IMG/VR virus record: IMGVR_UViG_3300012344_000001
Location: 1 to 64,000 of that record
DNA: 64,000 nucleotides
Direction: 5' to 3' (one strand)
From: a virus
Lineage: Duplodnaviria; Caudoviricetes
Part shown: positions 55,994 to 64,000 of the stretch, one piece after another
How positions within the stretch are numbered: position 1 is the first letter of the stretch
How the letters are laid out: the number at the start of each line of letters is the position of its first letter
Program-made: the position numbers and the translations under genes
The notes under the pieces: generated by a model
The model's database searches: none
The model's input: the letters and a program-made list of their open reading frames with translations, nothing else
Told to the model about the DNA's origin: nothing

Positions 55994-57002
55994 CGCCGTA
56001 TACCAAAACCACCCCATATCAACAGAAGTCGCGGTGGTACTTCAAAATCAAACACTTGAAGAAAAAGAATTCATGTCGTTCGAAAAGATACTCGAATGGT
56101 ATCGCGCATGGGGGGGGGCGTTGCTATGTGTCTTTCAGCGGCGGCAAAGATTCGACCGTGCTCGCCTACTTGGTTGCAGACACGCTTACCGAAATCGGCG
56201 CGACCTGCCCGCTACACTTGGCGTTCTGCGACACGGGTCTTGAATATCCCGAAAACCGCGAATTCGTGCGCTACTACGCCGACTGGCTGAAAGATCGTTT
56301 CACAACAATCAGCATCGAACTGCACATCCTTAAGCCCGAAATGAATTTCAAACAGGTCGTCACGCATTACGGCTATCCAGTCATCAGCAAGGAAGTTGCG
56401 CACCTTATCAAAGACGCGCGAAGCTGTCCGGGCGGCAAGTGCTATCAACGCCTTTTCGACAATAACAATACATCAATGATAGACTGGCGCAAATATGCCT
56501 ACCTGCTTGACGCGCCGTTCAAGATTAGCCACCAGTGTTGCGACGTCATGAAGAAGCGTCCTTCAAAACGCTTCGAAAAAGAAACGGTCTACATCCCATT
56601 GTCGGAACGATGGCTTGCGAAAGCGTGATGCGCAAACAGAAGTGGAAGCGCGAAGGCTGCAACGCCTTCGAAGGGAAACGCCCAATATCTTCGCCAATGT
56701 CGTTTTGGAACGAACAGGATGTGCTAACGTTCATTCGCAAGTACAACATCCCAATCAGCGCCGCCTATGGTGACGTGGTTGAAGAAGACGGCAAGCTTCG
56801 CACCACCGGCGCGGATAGGACGGGCTGCATGTTCTGCGCATTCGGCGCTACGAAGGACGACCGCTTCTGCCGACTGGCGCACACGCACCCGACGCAGTTT
56901 GCTTGGATGATGAAGCCGGTGGAACAGGGCGGGCTTGGAATGAAAGCGGTTCTTGACTATATAGGCGCGAAATATGAAGAAAGTGACGGGGACGGACACT
57001 AA
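55986..57002 (+). pseudogene. PAPS-reductase-family protein interrupted by two single-base frameshifts
   Basis: SFSGGKDS, DTGLEYPE, CC.VMKK.P, P.SFW and RTGCMFC motifs spread over three frames. One extra G in the G9 run (56110-56118); one G missing near 56586. Confidence 0.8.
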
Positions 57003-57345
57003 AACCCGCCCCCCCTACGGCGATGAAGATTATCATTGGGAAGTTTGACGAAGCTGGCGAACCGGTCTGGTTCGAAGTGGAAACGGATGTTTGGAAGGAC
57101 AAAGAAGGACGGTGGAAGGAATTTGAAGTATTACAAGAAGTCTGAACTGGTTGTTGCGCATCGTTGCGACACGTATAATGGCGTCGATGAAAACGGTGGT
57201 CGTTGATGGATGTGTTGTGAAATATGGCGACTTTATCGTTATGAAAGAATTCGGAACAGACTTTCGTACAGGATGGTCTAAGTGGAATAATTGGAATGGC
57301 ATGTGAAAATTAGCCCAGTGTGTGAAAAAAATTACCCCTACCCTT

Positions 57346-57372
57346 CAAACGTACCAAACGTACCAAACATTC
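57346..57372 (+). repeat. 9-bp tandem repeat (CAAACGTAC-type) x3
   Basis: caaacgtac caaacgtac caaacattc. Confidence 0.7.
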
Positions 57373-57502
57373 CATAACCGCCCCCTGCATAAAAATACAC
57401 GCGCCATGCATATACACGGCGCGTGCATAATTATTCAGCCGTCGAGCTTGTGCAAAATGCACATAACGCCATAGGCAAAGCCCGCCGAAATGATCCACAC
57501 CA

Positions 57503-57829
57503 TCATAATACCACCTCGGGAAACGTTGCGCTAAAATGCGCTTGCAAGCGTTGCCAAAGTTCCGCGCCGTCATCGTGACGGCGGATAAACAGCGCGAACA
57601 AAAGCGGAACGGCGCGATACTGTGCCATGCGATAAGCTACCACATCAAGCGGCTTGCTTCGCGCCGTGATGGTCACGCCGTCACGCGTTGCCGTCAGCGT
57701 TTGCCCCGCTTTGCCTTGCGTCATCTGGAACCAATCAAAAATAATGCGACTTGCAATTAACTGTTGTTCTTTGACGGTCAGCGCGGGCATTAAAGCCCGC
57801 GCCGCCGTTTTAACCGTGCTACAATCCAT
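57503..57829 (-). CDS. Hypothetical protein
   Basis: Likely start MDCSTVK, downstream of the DUF262 gene. Confidence 0.45.
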   Translation of the reverse strand: MDCSTVKTAARALMPALTVKEQQLIASRIIFDWFQMTQGKAGQTLTATRDGVTITARSKPLDVVAYRMAQYRAVPLLFALFIRRHDDGAELWQRLQAHFSATFPEVVL

Positions 57830-57846
57830 TTTGCACCGTCCCCGCG

Positions 57847-59028
57847 TTACATACCTAACGCCGCTGCAAGTGCGCTTGTATCGCATCCTAACGCCTTTTC
57901 CGTGGCATTGTCGCTTGCCTTTGTCGCGGCATCCTTTTCAGCGTCCGCGAAAATGTCGCGGTTATAATCGCCTTCGCCGTCAAGAAAATATTTGACAGCG
58001 TCAAAGCGTCGCGCCGTATCAATCAGCGAACCGGACGAACCCGCACCAGTGGGAATTGCGACCGCCTTTTTCAAGCGTCCTTTGCCATCTTCGCGGCTCG
58101 GCTGATAGGTACCGCCTTTAGTCCAGACAAGCGCATCTGCAAATAGCGCAATAACATCCATCGCGTCATAGTCATCGGCGACCGCTTGCACAAGGCTAAT
58201 GAAATTGTTTTTCTTGCGAACCGTGCCGAGCGCACGCCGTGCCGCCTTTGCGCGTGCCTTTGCGACCTTTGCCGCCGTCTTTTCATCCGCGAAAACTTCC
58301 GCGCCATCAATGCCATGCGTGCCATCCTTTGCGATATCGTCAAGCACTAACAACGCCGCCGCGATACGGTCAAGAACGTTTAACGCCTTTGCCTTTGCTT
58401 CATCATCGACCGCTTCGGCGTTGTCCTTGAGCCATTTTTCTGTTGCCTTGGTGGATGATTCGACAAACGACCAACCCGCGCAAATCGCAAGCGCAGATGC
58501 CGCAAACGCGGCTTTTTCCGTTCTGCCGTTCTGAATGGCTGACCATGGAATAAGGTTGAGCGCGTTATGTTCCGCACACGCAAGCAACGCCCTACCCGCT
58601 ACGCCGTCAAGACTAACCGCCGTCACAAGCGCGCTACCAACGGGACATCCGATATTCAGCACGCGAAACGCATCTTCGCCCGTGCGCCCGTTGTCAACCG
58701 CCGTTATAATCGGCGTATCTTTCGGCATCGTGCCATTTGCGACCGCATCGCGGATACTACGCCCGCGCTGTTGACCGTCAATAATAACAAGCCGCTTTTC
58801 GCCCGTTTCGGGGTCAACTTCGACCGCAAACACGATAGGCGGCACATACAAGCCGCTCAGGATGTCCGCTACAAGCGCATCGCGCTTTTCCTGTGACCAT
58901 TGATCACACCCGCGGATGGATTGATAGATGGGCAAACTGTCCATTGCTTTTGCGACCATTTCCGCGCTATTGACTTCGATTGTAAAATTCTTGTTTTCAA
59001 TTTTCATTTTTTTTGTTCCCCTTTTCAA
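57847..59028 (-). CDS. DUF262 (ParB/Srx-superfamily) domain protein
   Basis: W...K...L...IL.G..VPPI.F...IIDGQQR motif; novel-looking Ala-rich C-terminus. Confidence 0.75.
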   Translation of the reverse strand: MKRGTKKMKIENKNFTIEVNSAEMVAKAMDSLPIYQSIRGCDQWSQEKRDALVADILSGLYVPPIVFAVEVDPETGEKRLVIIDGQQRGRSIRDAVANGTMPKDTPIITAVDNGRTGEDAFRVLNIGCPVGSALVTAVSLDGVAGRALLACAEHNALNLIPWSAIQNGRTEKAAFAASALAICAGWSFVESSTKATEKWLKDNAEAVDDEAKAKALNVLDRIAAALLVLDDIAKDGTHGIDGAEVFADEKTAAKVAKARAKAARRALGTVRKKNNFISLVQAVADDYDAMDVIALFADALVWTKGGTYQPSREDGKGRLKKAVAIPTGAGSSGSLIDTARRFDAVKYFLDGEGDYNRDIFADAEKDAATKASDNATEKALGCDTSALAAALGM

Positions 59029-59042
59029 TTTTAATTTTTAAT

Positions 59043-59058
59043 TGTTTCACGTGAAACA
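59043..59058. promoter_or_regulatory. parS centromere site
   Basis: Perfect palindrome TGTTTCACGTGAAACA, matching the bacterial parS consensus. Confidence 0.85.
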
Positions 59059-59147
59059 TTTTTTGTTGCCCTTGCCTATTTCCTCCGATGCAAGTACTTG
59101 ACGCGCGTCATGCACATTTAACCGCGCTTGCATCGGATTCTGCGAGG

Positions 59148-59165
59148 ATTCAGTTTTCAAGGTTC
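59148..59165 (-). promoter_or_regulatory. boxA-like antitermination signal followed by an 11-bp inverted repeat (59084-59137)
   Basis: GAACCTTGAAAACTGAAT resembles the Bacillota rrn boxA (CTTTGAAAAC). Confidence 0.5.
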
Positions 59166-59246
59166 ACGCGCCTGACCTACGCACGGCACTTTACTTGACT
59201 AAAGCACCCTATCATTCAGCCGTCCCCTTCCTGTTCGGCTACGCCG

Positions 59247-59303
59247 ATTTTACCATACCAATTATGAACAAGTCATGAACAAACTGTGAACAAATTGTGA
59301 ACA
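59247..59303 (-). promoter_or_regulatory. Four TGTTCA direct repeats at 11-bp period upstream of an extended -10 (TG-n-TAAAAT)
   Basis: TGAACA at 59265, 59276, 59287 and 59298 on the + strand. Confidence 0.7.
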
Positions 59304-59420
59304 TTTTCAAGCGTGGAAAAACCGCGCTATATACATTATATATATAAAACGTCCCGCACGCCGCGCTTGCCATGTCCAGCGTTGCTATTAAAAAAACTAA
59401 TCGTTTTCCCTTATGCTATT

Positions 59421-59449
59421 ATTATATCGCATCCATGTAGTTTTGTCAA
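59421..59449 (-). promoter_or_regulatory. sigma70 promoter
   Basis: Exact TTGACA-N17-TATAAT. Confidence 0.8.
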
Positions 59450-59499
59450 GCATTTCAGGAATCGTTCACTTTTCCGAATATGACGGATTGCACAAATAC

Positions 59500-59567
59500 C
59501 AAACGTATGGTACATTCCGAATGTTCCGAATGTCCGGCACGTTCCAAACGTTCCAAACATTCCAGAC
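59500..59567 (+). repeat. Degenerate 9-bp tandem repeat, about 7 units
   Basis: caaacgtat ggtacattc cgaatgttc cgaatgtcc ggcacgttc caaacgttc caaacattc. Confidence 0.7.
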
Positions 59568-59895
59568 AACCCCGATGCCTGGTTTTTTCCGCCGCCGTCC
59601 CTATATTCCAGCGCCAAAAAGTTGACCATCGGCGCTATATTGCGTCTGCGAAAAGTTGACAGCAGCAGAAGAAGGAACATTGTTGCCGCCGCGAAGCAAG
59701 GCAACATACATATTATATATATAATGTATAGTTACCGTTCGGGGCGAATCAGTTCAGCCCAGAAGCAAGCGAAGGCGCAGCCAAACAGGAACACCACAAG
59801 CCAAATCACAGGGTCATTCGTGGGCGCAACACGCAATACCCAGCCGCCCGCAAATGCGCTTAGAAGCGCGCCTAACGCACACAACACACGCACCA

Positions 59896-60195
59896 TTACA
59901 GGTTACCTCCAGCCAGCTCGAACGCCGTTGTGGGGCGTTCCTGCGCCTTGTAGACGCCTTCTACGACGTCTAACATATACAGATAGCGGTCACCAGCAGC
60001 AGTTTCGGCATAGCCGTGTTCAATCAGCACACGGTCGTGCGCACATTCAGCAAGGTCTTGCGGAACACACTTCCACCAGCCGACAATCTTCACATCAAGT
60101 GTGCCAGCAGCATTGGTACGAATGGTGAACCCAGCGTGAAGCAGGTTCAGGGCAAGAACGTCAATCGGGTTCTTATCAGCAGCATTGTAAATCAT
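59896..60195 (-). CDS. Hypothetical protein
   Basis: Likely start MIYNAAD after an AAGGAG RBS. Confidence 0.5.
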   Translation of the reverse strand: MIYNAADKNPIDVLALNLLHAGFTIRTNAAGTLDVKIVGWWKCVPQDLAECAHDRVLIEHGYAETAAGDRYLYMLDVVEGVYKAQERPTTAFELAGGNL

Positions 60196-60232
60196 ATTAG
60201 CACTCCTTATATATATAATGTATATCACCGCG

Positions 60233-60442
60233 TTAACTGCGATATGTATTCGGCTTGAACTGGTAGCTACGATGATGTTCAAACACTACCTTGCCATTGG
60301 TCATGTCCAGCACTTCGCAGTAGGTTACACCCTTCTGCTTTATAATGCTGGCGGCAATACACTTTGCCATCACGTCGCCGTAGTATTCGCTTGTTGTTGT
60401 TTGTCCGTCTTGGTAGACGGTCAGCAGCCTATAACGCTTCAT
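60233..60442 (-). CDS. Hypothetical protein
   Basis: AAGGAG RBS; promoter-like TTGACA-N17-TACTAT near 60566-60594. Confidence 0.55.
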   Translation of the reverse strand: MKRYRLLTVYQDGQTTTSEYYGDVMAKCIAASIIKQKGVTYCEVLDMTNGKVVFEHHRSYQFKPNTYRS

Positions 60443-60600
60443 ATTGCACTCCTTCTGTTGGGAAGAATCTTTGTTCCGTTAGGAATAAATGGTTCTTTCC
60501 AACCATTTTGTCAACCAACAGTTGCATTTCACCAGAAGAAGAAGTATTTCCCCTTCGTTAGTATTATAGTAGCATATTTATCATAATTTGTCAAGAAAAT

Positions 60601-60772
60601 TATAGATTTATTGTAGATTTTCTATAATTACAGGGAAAAATCATAAATATTTCATCTTTTTTTCAAGACCCATAGATTTTCCCATAGATTTTTCACCAAC
60701 ATTCCAACCTACTACGATTGTCGTAGAAAATCCCTATAGATTATTTCCCTTTATATTTCACCCATAGATTAT
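60601..60772. repeat. Dispersed (CCC)ATAGATT repeats in an AT-rich non-coding region
   Basis: About six TAGATT copies, including tandem cccatagatttt twice. Confidence 0.6.
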
Positions 60773-60895
60773 TCTGTCAAATTCTTCTATTGTTGTCTTT
60801 CCCCGCAACGATTTTTCAATTCCCGCCAACAACGTCTGGAAGTCCGTCATAATCTACTTGCCAGCGAAAATCAATCCACCGCCAACACCCTAATT

Positions 60896-61092
60896 GAATC
60901 ATTCAACCCTATTAAAGTATAGCATAGAATCATTCTGTTAAGAATGATTGTATGCCAACAGTAAGTTACTACCTGAATAATTCCACACTATACAAAAGTA
61001 CATAAAAGTAGATAAAAGTATAGCCTTGAATCATTCGGGTAGGTACACCCCGAATGATTCGGGTAGCACCTACTTGAATTATTCGGGTAGGG
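60896..61092. repeat. Iteron-like GAATNATTC array
   Basis: Copies at 60896, 60927, 60942 (1 mismatch), 60975, 61028, 61052 and 61076. The last three are GAATNATTCGGGTAG at an exact 24-bp period. Also AAAAGTA x3 at 10-bp period. Confidence 0.8.
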
Positions 61093-61093
61093 A

Positions 61094-61768
61094 TTATCCA
61101 AAATCATCAAATAAATGCTTGTATTTTGCGTACTTGCCGTCCTTGTTTAAGCGGTCAAGTTCATCATACATCGCTATTGTTGTTCTTTGTCCTTTTAGGC
61201 GGTTATGTAATTCATTCATCAACAATTCGACTTCTTCATCGTTCAATTTCCTGATGATTGCTTTCTTTTCGTCTATATTTCGCGCGCCAATATATTCATC
61301 AACGGGAATCTTGGGCTTAAATGAATCAAGATATTTTTCACGTTCTTCTTTGAAGTTCGGATATAGATTCTTTGGATTTTTTAGCTTGCCGCTTTTTAAT
61401 TCCACGTCGTTTATAATATATACGCTTGGTCTGACAGTCCCCTTCTTGACATCTTTCCCGCCTTTTTGTAGGCACGTTAAATAGCCAGCGATAGAAAGCA
61501 TATCAAGACAGTTGCCGATCGTATCTTCGCCGATGCCAGTTTCGCGAGAAAGTAGGTTGTGCGTTATTGTTGATGTTTTTTGTTGGTTGTTTCTGTGCGC
61601 GACCGTCATGATATAGACTAAGGCGCACGTTGCGCTATATTCATTTGAAATACGCCTGACCGCATTAAGCGCAGGACGCGCTTCACCAGAATTAAATCCG
61701 GTGTGGTCGATTTCATCAAACTTCTTATACTTTTCGCCATACTCGTAACGAAACTTTCCTATTGCCAT
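61094..61768 (-). CDS. Winged-HTH protein, replication-initiator-like
   Basis: ITHNLLSRETGIGEDTIGNCLDMLSIAGYL wHTH plus wing with SVY; adjacent to the iteron-like array. Confidence 0.55.
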   Translation of the reverse strand: MAIGKFRYEYGEKYKKFDEIDHTGFNSGEARPALNAVRRISNEYSATCALVYIMTVAHRNNQQKTSTITHNLLSRETGIGEDTIGNCLDMLSIAGYLTCLQKGGKDVKKGTVRPSVYIINDVELKSGKLKNPKNLYPNFKEEREKYLDSFKPKIPVDEYIGARNIDEKKAIIRKLNDEEVELLMNELHNRLKGQRTTIAMYDELDRLNKDGKYAKYKHLFDDFG

Positions 61769-61800
61769 AATAAAAACCTCATTTCAAGAAATATATAACA

Positions 61801-61965
61801 TCAAGAACGTTTCTTCCATTCTTCCCAAACGGTTTTCGTTTCGTCGATGTTAAACACAAATCCAATCTTGTCATATCTGTCAGAATAGATAATTCTAAGA
61901 GGCCAGACGCCATTCTTCATGTAAAATTTCGCCTGTTCGACATAATAGATAATGATTGTTTTCAT
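61801..61965 (-). CDS. Small protein (54 aa), DUF5659-like
   Basis: Hand translation MKTIIIYYVEQAKFYMKNGVWP...FVFNIDETKTVWEEWKKRS. Confidence 0.55.
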   Translation of the reverse strand: MKTIIIYYVEQAKFYMKNGVWPLRIIYSDRYDKIGFVFNIDETKTVWEEWKKRS

Positions 61966-62009
61966 TGTTGTACCCCTATAAAATTATTGGTGTTTTCCAC
62001 CTTGCTTAT

Positions 62010-62066
62010 ATTATAGCATATTCCCGCGCTGTTGTCAACCAGTGAATTGTAAACATTTTATTAACA
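62010..62066 (-). promoter_or_regulatory. sigma70 promoter with upstream direct-repeat operator
   Basis: Exact TTGACA-N17-TATAAT (62010-62038); TGTTAATAAAATGTTTACAA at 62047-62066. Confidence 0.85.
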
Positions 62067-62102
62067 ATAGCGGGCAAACTTTCGTCCACCCGCCATGTTT
62101 GT

Positions 62103-62522
62103 TTAGCTGAACAGCTTGCTGAAAAAGCCTTTCTTTTTACCAGCGTTCTTTGCAATGGCTACATAATTCTTTCGCCATCTTTCATAACGGCTAAAGTCGT
62201 CGCAAAGCCGTTCAATTTCTTTTTCATCCCAAGCAACATCAAAATAAAGAGTGCAATATTCGTCGCTTGTTATCGAAACAAAAAATCCAAGGTTTTCAAA
62301 GTAGTGTTTCAAGAAGTCCCAATCAATATCGTCCGCGTCGTTCGCGTCATCCGTGTACCAATATCCCCTTCCGTGTTCTGCCGCTTCTTTGATTTTGCCT
62401 TCAAAGTACGGAATCTTTTCTTCGGTACGCTTCCTGCGTTCTTCGCGCCGCGCGGCATTTTTTGCGTTTTCAGCTTTAACGCCATCTTCCTGAATACTGC
62501 GAATTTCATCAATGTTAATCAT
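62103..62522 (-). CDS. Hypothetical protein
   Basis: Likely start MINIDEIR after an AAGGGG RBS. Confidence 0.55.
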   Translation of the reverse strand: MINIDEIRSIQEDGVKAENAKNAARREERRKRTEEKIPYFEGKIKEAAEHGRGYWYTDDANDADDIDWDFLKHYFENLGFFVSITSDEYCTLYFDVAWDEKEIERLCDDFSRYERWRKNYVAIAKNAGKKKGFFSKLFS

Positions 62523-62535
62523 GATTGTACCCCTT

Positions 62536-62748
62536 TTAGAAATATAGATAATCAAAGATAAGAACAATAAGTGGCAGTATAAGAATGGAATACAAAACAA
62601 CAATCGCGATGTTGATGTATTTCATGATTTTTGGTGTTTCCCGACCAAGCATGGCGCATACGAACTTGAAGATAAAGCTTGCAACGGCCAATGCCACTAC
62701 ACACATAACGGCTGGTGCATAATACGGGTTGCTAACAATATTGGCCAT
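62536..62748 (-). CDS. Small two-TM membrane protein
   Basis: Two hydrophobic helices. Confidence 0.55.
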   Translation of the reverse strand: MANIVSNPYYAPAVMCVVALAVASFIFKFVCAMLGRETPKIMKYINIAIVVLYSILILPLIVLIFDYLYF

Positions 62749-62749
62749 G

Positions 62750-62992
62750 TTACACCACCCTTGCTTTTTCCGTCATAAATTCCTTGGCGTAGTTTTCGCC
62801 ATATTCGTTCTTCATAATGTCGTCGTAGACTCTGAACGCTGGCGTAAGTTTCATGTATTTATAGTGCTTTCGTGCTTCTTTCAACAGCATGTCTGCTGGT
62901 GCTAAACTACAGCCATATTCTTCAAGCGGACAGTCCGCGCATCGCCGTCTAAGACAAGCCGCTTCAAACAGAAGGTGCTTGTTCATATTCAC
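62750..62992 (-). CDS. Small Cys-rich protein
   Basis: C...C..CPL...C motif. Confidence 0.55.
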   Translation of the reverse strand: MNMNKHLLFEAACLRRRCADCPLEEYGCSLAPADMLLKEARKHYKYMKLTPAFRVYDDIMKNEYGENYAKEFMTEKARVV

Positions 62993-63240
62993 ACCACCTT
63001 CGCCTGCTTGATGATTGCCCGAACCACTTCTTCGGGAAACAGCTTTGGATTTTCGCGCACCACCCGTTCAATCGCCGCTTCTGCCGCCTTGTGTGTCGGG
63101 TCGTGATGCGATAGGCATAGAAAATTCGACGTGCCATCTTCTGCGAATTTCAGCTTGTAAAGCGGACAGCCGTAGCAGGTTGCGTCTTTAGACATTTTAC
63201 AACACGTCCACAGCGCCTTGTTAAAAATTCTATCTTTCAT
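62989..63240 (-). CDS. Small Cys-rich protein
   Basis: C...C.GCPL...C motif. Confidence 0.55.
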   Translation of the reverse strand: MKDRIFNKALWTCCKMSKDATCYGCPLYKLKFAEDGTSNFLCLSHHDPTHKAAEAAIERVVRENPKLFPEEVVRAIIKQAKVV

Positions 63241-63242
63241 GG

Positions 63243-63536
63243 CTATACCACCGTTGCATCGGTGCGATGCCATTCCATATCGGTCGTGTAATGCGGTCTA
63301 TGAACGCGTAAAATGATTTCGCCCGTGTACGGATTGGGATATAAATATCCGGCGGTGAAATGCTGACAGGTGTGATAAATCACTTTGTAACCCCATCCAT
63401 TGCAATTCTTCATTTCTTGCAGAATCATGCGTTCGACAGTTTTCTTTGCGACGGAAGGTTTCTTGTAGGTATCACACACCCTCTGTTCTGGTGCGCGATT
63501 GTATGCAGAAATAAAATGATTTTCAAAAGTGTTCAT
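63243..63536 (-). CDS. Hypothetical phage protein
   Basis: GGAGG RBS; YKKPS..K and FTAG motifs. Confidence 0.6.
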   Translation of the reverse strand: MNTFENHFISAYNRAPEQRVCDTYKKPSVAKKTVERMILQEMKNCNGWGYKVIYHTCQHFTAGYLYPNPYTGEIILRVHRPHYTTDMEWHRTDATVV

Positions 63537-63554
63537 ATTATATACCTCCAGCCT

Positions 63555-63731
63555 TCAGCACGCGATAAATTCGACCGCGCACAGGCACTCAAAGGATTCT
63601 TTCATCTGAAGTGCGTGGCGCATAGCCGCCATATACATTTCATCTTCGGGTCTGTCATCGTGAAGTTTGATGGTCGCCGTGCGTTCGTTGCCGTTGTCCA
63701 TGTTCTGATACTTCGCTTCAAAAATATACAT
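63555..63731 (-). CDS. Hypothetical protein
   Basis: Start MYIFEAK after a GGAG RBS; promoter TTGACA-N17-TATACT at 63785-63813. Confidence 0.55.
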   Translation of the reverse strand: MYIFEAKYQNMDNGNERTATIKLHDDRPEDEMYMAAMRHALQMKESFECLCAVEFIAC

Positions 63732-64000
63732 ATTGTACTCCAACAGCAGATAGATTAAAGGCTTCCCTTCCCTGCTGTAATTATAGTATAGCACGCCCAT
63801 ATAAAATTGTCAAGCTGGACAGAAGTGAATCCGCCCAGCTTGCATATTAAATTACTTCCTTATGGACGGCGCAGTAGATAATCGCCAGCATAAACACTGG
63901 GTACCACGTCCAGCGCGGCATAACCCAATCACGATAGCCGCCGTCGGTATAATAACCGATTCCAGTCAAAGTGTCAACATCAAACACCTTGTTTCTTTTC

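Noticed and set aside
59411-59707. ORFs with FGT repeats (59411..59707 -, 59413..59625 +)
   Set aside because: Translations of the 9-bp DNA repeat that overlap a promoter; no convincing RBS.
61028-61092. Mini CRISPR array
   Set aside because: Repeats of 15 bp with 9-bp spacers are far too short; an iteron/operator reading fits better.

Overview
The window is a 64-kb segment of a large tailed dsDNA phage of a Bacillota (probably clostridial) host, with SPbeta-like gene order. Positions 1-51.4 kb form a minus-strand block: nucleotide-metabolism genes, a YonO-like single-subunit RNA polymerase, terminase, portal, scaffold/protease, capsid, tail, tape measure protein (TMP), tail fibres and lysis genes. 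A plus-strand block (51.7-57.3 kb) holds dNMP kinase, an HNH-type protein, ClpP, PhoH and a frameshifted PAPS-reductase-like gene. A repeat-rich early or control region follows (57.3-64 kb). Main results read from the sequence: (1) A complete diversity-generating retroelement (DGR) with RT, Avd, TR and VR; all 30 TR/VR mismatches fall at TR adenines. It also has a GAAA hairpin, and a second paralogous target gene runs off the left edge. (2) Three group I introns split essential virion genes (TMP, large terminase, capsid-decoration gene), each with identifiable P1/P10 guide pairing and a different cargo nuclease. (3) The most interesting element is the intron after codon 2 of the decoration gene. 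It carries an intact TnpB with no transposase, its putative omega-RNA ends at the 3' splice site, and it has its own internal consensus promoter. It looks like an IStron-like intron using TnpB as an RNA-guided homing endonuclease. (4) A perfect parS site, a conserved 11-bp-period operator lying 8 bp upstream of several -35 boxes, and iteron-like arrays. Protein family calls come from recalled motifs and synteny only; no database searches were run.
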